From NCBI GenBank assembly GCA_964368395.1, contig CAYJAI010000004.1, positions 1-33,060 on the forward strand: a stretch of DNA of 33,060 nt. Reading direction: 5' to 3'. This stretch comes from an uncultured Christensenella sp. GTDB lineage: Bacteria > Bacillota > Clostridia > Christensenellales > UBA1242. The notes below the pieces were generated by a model. The model did not search any database. It was not told where the DNA came from and saw only the letters and a program-made list of their open reading frames with translations. Below, piece by piece: positions 1-7,457 of the stretch. The stretch's first letter is position 1. Every line of letters begins with the position of its first letter. A program made the position numbers and the translations under genes.

Positions 1-58
1 ATTTAATGTTGAGGATAGGGGGTAAATTGAATTTTTTATTTAATGATGTTGATTTTAT

Positions 59-87
59 TTGCTAAATTTTTTTTCATTTGATATACT
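59..87 (+). promoter_or_regulatory. sigma-A type promoter candidate for ruvX (TTGCTA, 17 bp spacer, TGaTATACT extended -10)
   Basis: TTGCTA at 59-64, 17-nt spacer, TATACT at 82-87 preceded by TG at 79-80. Confidence 0.5.
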
Positions 88-108
88 AATCGAGTAAGGA
101 GAGTGTGT

Positions 109-516
109 GTGCGTAAACTAGGAATTGATTTTGGCGATGCTAGAATAGGTTTAGCAATAAGTGACCCCATAGGCTTTTTTGCGACAGGTTTAGAAACTTA
201 TCATCGTAAGAATCTCAAAAGTGACCTACAATATATAAGTGACCTTATAAAAGCAAGAGAGGTGGATACTATTGTTGTAGGATTACCTATAAATATGGAT
301 GGAACTATGGGAATCCGTGTGGACAAAACTAAGGAATTTTGTGCAGAGTTGTCCAAGTTAATTGATGTAAAAATTGAATACTCTGATGAACGCCTAACCA
401 CGGTTGCAGCCGAAAAAATGCTTATAGAATCAAATGTTCGAAGGGAAGAGCGGAAAAAATTAGTTGATAAAGTAGCCGCTACTTTGATTTTACAGAACTA
501 TTTAGACAGAAAATAA
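109..516 (+). CDS. ruvX: Holliday junction resolvase-like / pre-16S rRNA nuclease RuvX (YqgF/YrrK family)
   Basis: N-terminus RKLGIDFGDARIGLAISD is the YqgF signature. The track starts at GTG 103, but SD AAGGAG at 96-101 fits the in-frame GTG at 109 better. Confidence 0.88.
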   Translation: MRKLGIDFGDARIGLAISDPIGFFATGLETYHRKNLKSDLQYISDLIKAREVDTIVVGLPINMDGTMGIRVDKTKEFCAELSKLIDVKIEYSDERLTTVAAEKMLIESNVRREERKKLVDKVAATLILQNYLDRK

Positions 517-533
517 TTTAAGGAGATATATAA

Positions 534-1058
534 ATGAAAGAAAATGAAAACTCTATTGATAAGTTGTTAGATGTAGATAACAGCGAGAGTATTATTTTGT
601 ATGATGAGAAAGATAATGGCATAGAATTTGAGCAAATTGCTCTGATACCATATCAGGATAAATTGTATGCTATGCTTAAACCGGTAGAAAAAATGGATGG
701 AGTTGCGGATGATGAGGCAGTTATCTTTGAATTTGAAGAAGATGAGCAAGACAAGTCTCAGTTTCTAAAAGTTGTTAATGATGACCGCGTTATTGATAGT
801 GTTTTTGCTATTTATTTGGATTTGTTAAAGCAAGAGGACTCAACGCCTACACAAGAAAGCAAAAGTAAAAAGCCGTCCGAAAAGGCGACTAGTTCAACTA
901 GCAAAGATAAGAAAGCGCCAGCAAAGTCTACCACAAAAGCAAAGGGGACAACCTCAGCAAAGTCTACCACAAAAGCAAAGGGGGCAACCTCAGCAAAAAC
1001 TTCTGCCTCGAAAACTTCTGCAAGTTCAGGCGAAACGAAAACGAAAAGTAAAAAATAA
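534..1058 (+). CDS. DUF1292 (UPF0473, YrzB-like) protein with a K/A/S/T-rich basic C-terminal tail
   Basis: SD AAGGAG 7 nt upstream. The acidic core (ILYDEKDNGIEFEQIALIPY...VIFEFEEDE) matches the DUF1292 pattern, and its position after ruvX matches B. subtilis yrrK-yrzB. The last ~65 aa are low complexity (SKKPSEKATSS...TKAKG). Confidence 0.75.
   Translation: MKENENSIDKLLDVDNSESIILYDEKDNGIEFEQIALIPYQDKLYAMLKPVEKMDGVADDEAVIFEFEEDEQDKSQFLKVVNDDRVIDSVFAIYLDLLKQEDSTPTQESKSKKPSEKATSSTSKDKKAPAKSTTKAKGTTSAKSTTKAKGATSAKTSASKTSASSGETKTKSKK
921..992 (+). repeat. In-frame 36-bp tandem duplication (2 copies, 1 mismatch) encoding AKSTTKAKG(T/A)TS
   Basis: 921-956 and 957-992 are identical except for one A/G difference. 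A shorter AAAACTTCTGC duplication follows. Confidence 0.9.
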
Positions 1059-1096
1059 TTTCAAATATCATATAGTATAGTAATTTTTTTTAGTCA

Positions 1097-1128
1097 AGTG
1101 GGGGAGGTGTATAGCCTCTCACTTTTTG
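1097..1128 (+). terminator. Rho-independent terminator candidate after the DUF1292 gene
   Basis: AGTGGGGGAGG / CCTCTCACT stem with a 2-nt bulge, 7-nt loop, then TTTTT. Confidence 0.55.
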
Positions 1129-1170
1129 GTTGTAGGAATTATTTAGGCAAGCATCCAATTAATTGAATAG

Positions 1171-1390
1171 AACTAAGTGCGAAACAATATCTAACTAATG
1201 GTAAAGGGTATCTACCTAACTATAAAACAACATCTAACTAATGGCGAAAATATCTACCTAACTATAAAATAATATCTAACTAAGTGCGAAACAGCATCTA
1301 ACCAAGTGCGAAACAATATCTAACTAATGGTAAAAAATATCTACCTAACTATAAAATAATATCTAACTAAGTGCGAAAATATAGCCTAAA
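1171..1390. repeat. Phased iteron-like array: nine ATCTA(A/C)CTAA boxes at 20-22 bp spacing, built from three alternating unit types
   Basis: ATCTA cores start at 1189, 1210, 1232, 1252, 1274, 1296, 1318, 1339 and 1361. Unit types are ..TAAGTGCGAAAC.., ..TAATGGTAAA.. and ATCTACCTAACTATAAAA. No ORF. Confidence 0.85.
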
Positions 1391-1529
1391 TTCCTTCTGA
1401 AACATCAAGAAAAAGGAAATAGGAAAGGGTTTTAATAGAACAGTTTAGGAAGAAAAGTCCTTTATATTTGAACTTATAGCCTAAACCGCCCTATTTTTAA
1501 GGTTTTCTTTTAAAAGTTGTATTTTAGTG

Positions 1530-1558
1530 TTGCAATTTCTTTTAAAAAATGATACAAT
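1530..1558 (+). promoter_or_regulatory. sigma-A type promoter candidate for rpsB-tsf
   Basis: TTGCAA 1530-1535, 17-nt spacer, TGaTACAAT extended -10 (TACAAT 1553-1558). Implies a ~110-nt 5' UTR. Confidence 0.55.
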
Positions 1559-1676
1559 TCATTTATTGAAATACACACTGTTGGTTATTTGAGTGTAGGT
1601 GCCTGTTTGTCAGGTTGCACAAGGAGTTTTAACATCAGCAGGAGGATTAAAACAAAATAAAGTTAAGGAGAAAAAT

Positions 1677-2489
1677 ATGTCAATAATTTCAATAAAACAA
1701 TTGCTCGAAGCAGGGGTTCAGTTTGGTCACCCTACCAGACAATGGAGTCCAAAAATGGAGCAATACATTTTTGTCGCTCGTAACGACACACACATAATAG
1801 ATTTGGAGAAAACAGTAGTTTTAGCAGAAAAGGCTTATAACTATGTTTGTGAAGTGGTTAAGCAGGGTAAAAATGTTCTTTTTGTAGGAACTAAGAAGCA
1901 AGCAAGTGAGGCGATAAAAGAAGAGGCTGAACGGTGTGGTATGTTCTATGTGAACACGCGTTGGTTGGGTGGAACTCTTACCAATTTTAAAACTATTCGT
2001 AATCGAGTTGAGCGTTTGAATAAGTTAACGCAAATGGAAAAAACGGGAGAATTTGAATTTTTCCCTAAGAAAGAAGTTATACAACTGCGTGCGGAAAAAG
2101 ATAAACTTCAACGTAATTTAGGCGGTATAAAGGATATGACTTCTTTACCGGGTTTGTTGTTTATAGTGGACTTAAAGAAAGAGCATATAGCCATAAAAGA
2201 GGCGCGCAAATTAGGTATCCCTATTGTGGGATTAGTAGACACAAACTGTGACCCGGATGAAGTAGATGTTGTTATACCGGGTAATGATGATGCAATCCGT
2301 TCAGTAAAGCTGATTTCAGAATTGATTGCTAATGCTGTTATTGAAGCAAAAACAGGTGAAAGTGTTGCTGTTGCTGAGGAAGCAGGTACAAGTTTAGATA
2401 ATAAAGACCAGCAAGCGAGTGGGGAAGAGCAACCGAAAGAAACTAAAAGAGTTTTTAAACAGCAAGAAAAACCGGTTGTAGAAGAATAA
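1677..2489 (+). CDS. rpsB: 30S ribosomal protein S2
   Basis: [27 protein letters not shown] is the S2 N-terminus. SD AAGGAG lies 6 nt upstream of ATG 1677. The track start at 1599 is a spurious extension. Confidence 0.96.
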   Translation: MSIISIKQLLEAGVQFGHPTRQWSPKMEQYIFVARNDTHIIDLEKTVVLAEKAYNYVCEVVKQGKNVLFVGTKKQASEAIKEEAERCGMFYVNTRWLGGTLTNFKTIRNRVERLNKLTQMEKTGEFEFFPKKEVIQLRAEKDKLQRNLGGIKDMTSLPGLLFIVDLKKEHIAIKEARKLGIPIVGLVDTNCDPDEVDVVIPGNDDAIRSVKLISELIANAVIEAKTGESVAVAEEAGTSLDNKDQQASGEEQPKETKRVFKQQEKPVVEE

Positions 2490-2510
2490 ATAAAAAGGAG
2501 AATTTTTAAG

Positions 2511-3173
2511 ATGGCAATTTCAACAAAGGATATTAGTGAGTTAAGACAACGCACACAAGCGGGAATGTTAGATTGTAAAAACGCCTTAGAAGCGACAAAC
2601 GGCGATATGGAGAAAGCAGTTGAGTGGCTAAGAGAAAAAGGAATGGCATCTGCTGCGAAAAAGGAAGGGCGTATTGCTGCCGAGGGAAAAGTTGATGCAT
2701 ACATTCATATGGGCGGAAAAATAGGCGCTTTGGTAGAAGTTAACTGTGAAACAGATTTTGTTTCCAAAAGTGAGGCTTTTGGAGAGTTTGTTCATAATAT
2801 AGCCCTACAAATTGTAGCCAGCAAACCATTATTTATATCTGAGGCAGATGTAGACCAAAATTCTTTGGATGCAGAGCGAAAGGTGTTTGCTGCTCAGGTT
2901 CAGGGTGAAGGAAAGCCTGCTCAGGTTGCTGAGAAAATTGTTGAGGGGAAAATAAAGAAATATTTGCAAGAGGTTTGTTTATTAAACCAAGCATATTTCA
3001 GAGATACCTCTAAAACCATAGATGAGTATCTGAGAGAAACGGTAGGAGTTATCGGTGAGAAAATAACTATCCGTAGGTTTGTTCGATATGAAATGGGAGA
3101 AGGCTTACAGAAGAAAGAAGAGAATTTTGCTGATGAAATTCAAAAGCAAATAGATAAACAAAAACAAGCATAA
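2511..3173 (+). CDS. tsf: Translation elongation factor Ts (short form)
   Basis: UBA-like N-terminus ELRQRTQAGMLDCKNALEATNGDMEKAVEWLREKG. SD AAGGAG upstream. Confidence 0.95.
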   Translation: MAISTKDISELRQRTQAGMLDCKNALEATNGDMEKAVEWLREKGMASAAKKEGRIAAEGKVDAYIHMGGKIGALVEVNCETDFVSKSEAFGEFVHNIALQIVASKPLFISEADVDQNSLDAERKVFAAQVQGEGKPAQVAEKIVEGKIKKYLQEVCLLNQAYFRDTSKTIDEYLRETVGVIGEKITIRRFVRYEMGEGLQKKEENFADEIQKQIDKQKQA

Positions 3174-3184
3174 CAAGAAAGCAT

Positions 3185-3216
3185 AAAAAACGCCTATTTT
3201 TATAGGTGTTTTTTAT
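3185..3216 (+). terminator. Rho-independent terminator after tsf
   Basis: AACGCCTAT / ATAGGTGTT stem (one G-U pair), short T loop, followed by TTTTAT. Confidence 0.7.
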
Positions 3217-3245
3217 TTGCTAAAAAGAGCATTTTATTGTAAAAT
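3217..3245 (+). promoter_or_regulatory. sigma-A type promoter candidate for frr
   Basis: TTGCTA 3217-3222, 17-nt spacer, TAAAAT 3240-3245. Confidence 0.45.
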
Positions 3246-3272
3246 GTTATTATTACAAAGAGAGGTGAAAAA

Positions 3273-3845
3273 ATGTTTGTAGATCAAGAGGATAAAGCGT
3301 TATACGAAAACTTAAAAACTCTTTTAGAAAAAAGTTATAGCCATTTTCTATCCGAGTTAGGTTCGGTGCGTGTTGGGCGTGCCAATCCACGATTGCTGGA
3401 TAAAATTATGGTGGACTATTATGGAACTTTGACACCGTTAAACAAAATGGCTAATATTTCAGCGCCTGACCCTAGAACACTTGCTATAAGTTTGTGGGAT
3501 TCAAGTATGCTGAGGGATGTTTTAAAGGCTATTCAAACTAGCAATTTAGGTTTTAACCCTAGTGATGATGGTAAAATAATTAGATTACACGTTCCTGCTC
3601 CGACTGAGGAAAGGAGAGTTGAACTAGTTAGAATGGTGCGAAAATTTGCTGAGGATTGTCGTATCAATATGCGTAATGCTCGTAGGGAAGTTTTGGATAT
3701 GTTTAAGAGTTTAAAGAAACAGTCTAAGATTACTGAGGATGATTTATCTGTTGCTGAGAAAGAAGTGCAGAGAATTTTGAACACTTATACTGAAAATGTT
3801 GATTCTGCTTTAATTCAGAAAGAAAAGGAAATAATGGAAGTCTAG
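3273..3845 (+). CDS. frr: Ribosome recycling factor
   Basis: LGSVRVGRANPRLLDKIMVDYYGTLTPLNKMANISAPDPRTLAISLWD is the typical RRF core. Confidence 0.95.
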   Translation: MFVDQEDKALYENLKTLLEKSYSHFLSELGSVRVGRANPRLLDKIMVDYYGTLTPLNKMANISAPDPRTLAISLWDSSMLRDVLKAIQTSNLGFNPSDDGKIIRLHVPAPTEERRVELVRMVRKFAEDCRINMRNARREVLDMFKSLKKQSKITEDDLSVAEKEVQRILNTYTENVDSALIQKEKEIMEV

Positions 3846-3938
3846 AAAAGACATTTTAGTTAAAATTTTGTTTAAAAATTGATTTTTCGTATATCATAAA
3901 GTTTAGATTGTGCGTATAATAAGTAAAAGAGGGATATA

Positions 3939-4655
3939 GTGGCAGGCAAAACAAAAATATATCACAAATTAGATTTATCTCGTTTACCTCAGCATATTGC
4001 AATAATTATGGACGGAAATGGGCGATGGGCTACTAAGCGTGGTTTACCGCGCAATTTAGGGCACAAAGCTGGATGCGAGAATATAAAGCGGATAACTCAA
4101 AACATCTATGACTTAGGGATACGAATGGTAACCTTTTTTGCTTTCAGCACTGAAAATTGGAAACGCCCAAAAAAAGAAATTGATAATATTTTTGATTTAA
4201 TTCGTGAATATATAAACGAAAACACAGATGATTTTGTTGAGAAGGGTGTTAGAGTGGTGTTTTGCGGTGATATGCAAAAACTGCCTAAGGATTTGGTAGA
4301 AAGTTCGGAAAAAGTTATGAAAAAAACCAAAAATGGTGATAAATTCATAGTTCAATTTGCGGTCAACTATGGTGGGCGGGATGATATTTTGCGTGCAGTA
4401 AACAAGGCGATTAAAAAAGGGAAAGAGGTCGGCGAAAAGCAGTTTGAGAATATGCTGGATACTAAGGGATTTCCTGACCCGGATTTTGTGATTAGAACTA
4501 GCGGTGAAATTCGCATTTCAAACTTTATGCTTTATCAAATGGCTTACAGTGAGTTTTATTTCACTAAGACTTATTGGCCCAGTTTTTCGAACAAAGAACT
4601 TCAAAAAGCATTAAAAGATTTTCAAGACCGAAAGCGTAGGTTCGGCAACTTATAA
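3939..4655 (+). CDS. uppS: Isoprenyl transferase (undecaprenyl diphosphate synthase)
   Basis: HIAIIMDGNGRWA and RTSGEIRISNFMLYQMAYSEFYF motifs. GTG start. Confidence 0.93.
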   Translation: MAGKTKIYHKLDLSRLPQHIAIIMDGNGRWATKRGLPRNLGHKAGCENIKRITQNIYDLGIRMVTFFAFSTENWKRPKKEIDNIFDLIREYINENTDDFVEKGVRVVFCGDMQKLPKDLVESSEKVMKKTKNGDKFIVQFAVNYGGRDDILRAVNKAIKKGKEVGEKQFENMLDTKGFPDPDFVIRTSGEIRISNFMLYQMAYSEFYFTKTYWPSFSNKELQKALKDFQDRKRRFGNL

Positions 4656-4675
4656 AAATAACAAAAGAGGTTTTT

Positions 4676-5656
4676 ATGGAGAATAAAAATATAAATACTC
4701 CCGCTAATATGGGAAAAAGGACTTTATCTAGTTTAATAATTCTGGTTGTTTTACTTGCCTTTTTTCTTTTAAGACAAATTTCAGAAACCACCGTTTTTTT
4801 GTTTGATATTTTCATTGGTTTTCTGATGATAATAGGAACTTTTGAGGTGGAAAACTTATTGCGTAAAATGGACAGGCCCACATATACCATAGGATTAGGC
4901 TTGTTTCCCGTTCTATGTTTCGTTCTGCTAATCATCAGCGTTCTATATCAAATAGGCTTTGTATACTACCTTTTGATGAATTTAGGAGGCTTGCTGTTAA
5001 CCTTTTTATTGTGCTTTATTTTTGGAATATCTTTCAAGAAACAAAGTTTAAAACAGATGTATTTGGATGGTTTTGAGGGGGAGTATACCCGATATGTTAC
5101 ACACAAAAGTGCGAATACTTTGCTGGGTTGTATTTACCCGACATTTATGCTGTCTTTCCTATTTTTGATTAACCACTTTTCCGCTTTTAGTATGAATGCT
5201 TTCAGTGCAGATGTTGGATTTTTAGGTTTGGTTTTACTTTTTGTAACCACTATGTTTGCGGATACTTGTGCCTTGTTTTTCGGACGACTTATTAAAAGTA
5301 AAAAAATAAGTCTTAAAAAATTAGGCCCGGGAAAAAGTTGGAGTGGTCTAGTTGGCGGAATTTTAGGGGCTATCTTGGGTGCGATTTTGGTTTATATCAT
5401 TTTTGCAAATATGGGATACGCAAGCCTTTTCGCTGAATATGGAGTTGGTTTCTGGGCGTTTATTATAGGCGGATTGTTCTGTGGAATCTTCAATATGGGT
5501 GGAGATATCGTTTCATCCTACTTGAAACGCCGTGCAGGAGTAAAGGATTTTAGTGATTTTATACCCGGTCAAGGTGGCATTATGGACCGTATAAACGGTT
5601 TGGTTTTTAATGGTATGTTTGTCTTCTTATTTCTTATCATTTTGTTCTTAGCGTAA
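4676..5656 (+). CDS. cdsA: Phosphatidate cytidylyltransferase
   Basis: Polytopic membrane protein with the C-terminal CdsA signature SYLKRRAGVKDFSDFIPGQGGIMDRING. Confidence 0.85.
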   Translation: MENKNINTPANMGKRTLSSLIILVVLLAFFLLRQISETTVFLFDIFIGFLMIIGTFEVENLLRKMDRPTYTIGLGLFPVLCFVLLIISVLYQIGFVYYLLMNLGGLLLTFLLCFIFGISFKKQSLKQMYLDGFEGEYTRYVTHKSANTLLGCIYPTFMLSFLFLINHFSAFSMNAFSADVGFLGLVLLFVTTMFADTCALFFGRLIKSKKISLKKLGPGKSWSGLVGGILGAILGAILVYIIFANMGYASLFAEYGVGFWAFIIGGLFCGIFNMGGDIVSSYLKRRAGVKDFSDFIPGQGGIMDRINGLVFNGMFVFLFLIILFLA

Positions 5657-5879
5657 CAATTCGGACAAGTAGAGATTTTTACAATTTCATTTGAGCGATT
5701 TGCTTAATAACTTAGATTGTGAATAACTAGATTTTTGATATTCTAAAATGCTCACTAACTTTTAAGTTTGCTAAGACTGATTTAAGAAAATATTTAACAT
5801 ACTACTTTTGTTTGGGGAATATATTAAAGAAAGGAGATATGTTTTGGTATCATTGCTTGCAGCAGATTTTTCAGGTGTT

Positions 5880-6947
5880 ATGATGACAATCGGCTATATT
5901 TTACTTGCGATAGCGGTTCTGTTAGTGATGATTACCATTCACGAACTGGGCCACTATTCTTTTGGTAAATGGCTTGGTTTTAAAATAAACGAGTTTTCAA
6001 TAGGTTTTGGAAAGGCCATTTACTCAAAGACACGAAAAAATGGTGAGAAATTTAGTGTTCGCCTTATCCCATTAGGAGGGTATTGTGCTTTTGCTGGTGA
6101 AGATGAGGATGATGCTGACCCAAATGCTTTCAATAACAAAGCGCCCTGGAAAAGAATTTTAGTGCTTTTTGCAGGAGTTCTCTTTAATTTTATTTCAGCC
6201 ATATTTTTTGCTTTTATTTTGCTGGTGGGTTTTGGCTATGATATTGTAAAAGTTGATAATGCTTCTCAAAATCAGGCGCTGGTAATTGAATATAACCAAG
6301 GGAAAGAGCAAAGTGAGCAGGTTGGATCTTTTCAAGATGGAGATATTATTCGTGAAGTAGATGGGGTATCTGCAAGTTTTATTTATGGCACAACTTTCGC
6401 TGCTAAAATATCTGAGTATGAAATTGATGAAATATTTACTGTAACTGTTCAAAGACAGGGGGTAGATGAGTGGGTGGAGATAAGGATGACTAAGTTTGCT
6501 GACCCTCAAAATGCAACTTCATCCGGATTTGTAGGCGTGCAAACCAGCCCATATAAATACTCATTTTGGGAAGCATTGATTAACAGTGCACCCCTTGCGG
6601 GGGCTATGGCTTGGAAAGTGTTGGTGTTCTTATTTATGCTTTTAACGGGCGGAGTTGCTATATCCGACCTTGGTGGGCCTCTAACCACTATCGGATTTAT
6701 CGCAGAGCATTCGCAATACAACATAGCGAACTTATTTGTGTTCTTGCCCTTTATTGCTGCCAATTTAGCGGTGTTTAATTTGCTACCTTTTCCCGCCTTA
6801 GATGGCTCACGAATTTTGTTTACTACTTTTGAGTGGGTTCGTGGAAAGCCAATAAATCGAAAAGTAGAAGGGTATATACATTTTGCTGGGCTAGTAGTCT
6901 TATTTGCTTTTGTTATTTTCGTAGATTTATTTCATCTAATAAATTAG
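5880..6947 (+). CDS. rseP: RIP site-2 metalloprotease, M50 family (RseP/RasP)
   Basis: HELGHY zinc motif about 20 aa from ATG 5880, NLLPFPALDG motif, and a central PDZ-like segment. The TTG start at 5808 in the track lacks support. TTG 5844 (SD AAGGAG 5832-5837) is an alternative start. Confidence 0.85.
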   Translation: MMTIGYILLAIAVLLVMITIHELGHYSFGKWLGFKINEFSIGFGKAIYSKTRKNGEKFSVRLIPLGGYCAFAGEDEDDADPNAFNNKAPWKRILVLFAGVLFNFISAIFFAFILLVGFGYDIVKVDNASQNQALVIEYNQGKEQSEQVGSFQDGDIIREVDGVSASFIYGTTFAAKISEYEIDEIFTVTVQRQGVDEWVEIRMTKFADPQNATSSGFVGVQTSPYKYSFWEALINSAPLAGAMAWKVLVFLFMLLTGGVAISDLGGPLTTIGFIAEHSQYNIANLFVFLPFIAANLAVFNLLPFPALDGSRILFTTFEWVRGKPINRKVEGYIHFAGLVVLFAFVIFVDLFHLIN

Positions 6948-7240
6948 TGCGGTAGAATAAATTAAAAATCACTTATGTTTTTAAATCAAGGAAACAATAA
7001 ACAAAAGCGGTAGAATAAGTTAAAAAGCACGGATGTTTTAAAATTGAGCAAATGACAAATTAGAGAAGTAGGATAAAATAAAAAGCACGGATGCTTTAAA
7101 TTAAATTAGATTAGTAGGACAAGTTAAAACACATATTTTAAAATTGAGCAAAACATAAGCAGTCAAGCCACTTTCAAATTGCTTGTCCACTAAGATATCA
7201 AGCAGTCAAGCCCTGCTCAAATTTATAAGATATCAAGCAA
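6948..7240. repeat. Two adjacent degenerate tandem-repeat families in the rseP 3' flank
   Basis: G(C/A)(G/A)GTAG(A/G)ATAA...AAAA(G)CACGGATG(T/C)TTTAAA(A)TT units start near 6949, 7007, 7065 and 7111. These are followed by AAGCAGTCAAGCC at 7157 and 7200, and TAAGATATCAAGCA at 7191 and 7226. Confidence 0.8.
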
Positions 7241-7319
7241 ATAATAAAAAACGCAAACCATTTTAAAAGGTATTGTATAAAAAGTATTATAAGATACAAC
7301 CGTAATAAAAAAACATTCA

Positions 7320-7346
7320 AAGAGCAGTCACACTGCTTTTTTTATA
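7320..7346 (+). terminator. Rho-independent terminator ~370 bp downstream of the rseP stop
   Basis: AGCAGT-CAC-ACTGCT hairpin, extendable by A-T pairs, followed by a T6-7 run. Confidence 0.6.
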
Positions 7347-7457
7347 AAAATAAAAAAACACTATCAAATATGTTAATTTTGTGATAATATATAATATAGA
7401 CTTAATGGTTTTTGTTTAGTCGCAAAGATAAAAATAGAAAGAACAAAGAGGGGCAAA

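Noticed and set aside
1177-1378. Spo0A boxes: recurring GTGCGAAA words resemble TGNCGAA
   Set aside because: The words are one nucleotide short of the 0A-box register (TGCGAA versus TGNCGAA). I cannot call them 0A boxes without a binding test.
1171-1390. CRISPR array interpretation of the phased repeats
   Set aside because: The period is only about 21 bp with no unique spacers between repeats, the units are degenerate variants of each other, and there are no cas genes in the window.
1599-1676. N-terminal extensions proposed by the track for rpsB (1599), nrnA (17259), spoIIIAA (21354), spoIIIAB (22301), spoIIIAC (22804), nusB (26628), rseP (5808) and ruvX (103)
   Set aside because: In each case an internal start has a properly spaced SD and reproduces the conserved family N-terminus. 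The extensions overlap terminators, upstream genes or leader sequence.
1559-1676. Structured rpsB leader as an S2-binding autoregulatory element
   Set aside because: Small hairpins can be drawn, but I do not recognise a described Firmicute S2 leader motif and I cannot assess covariation from one sequence.
2108-2704. 198-aa minus-strand ORF, and likewise 13373-13894 (173 aa), 23386-24030 (214 aa), 9811-10248, 10479-10895, 29528-29935, 29818-30231 and the other minus-strand track entries
   Set aside because: Each lies fully inside, or antisense to, a well-supported + strand gene. They have no SD and give low-complexity Ser/Leu/Phe/Ile-rich translations typical of antisense frames in AT-rich genes.
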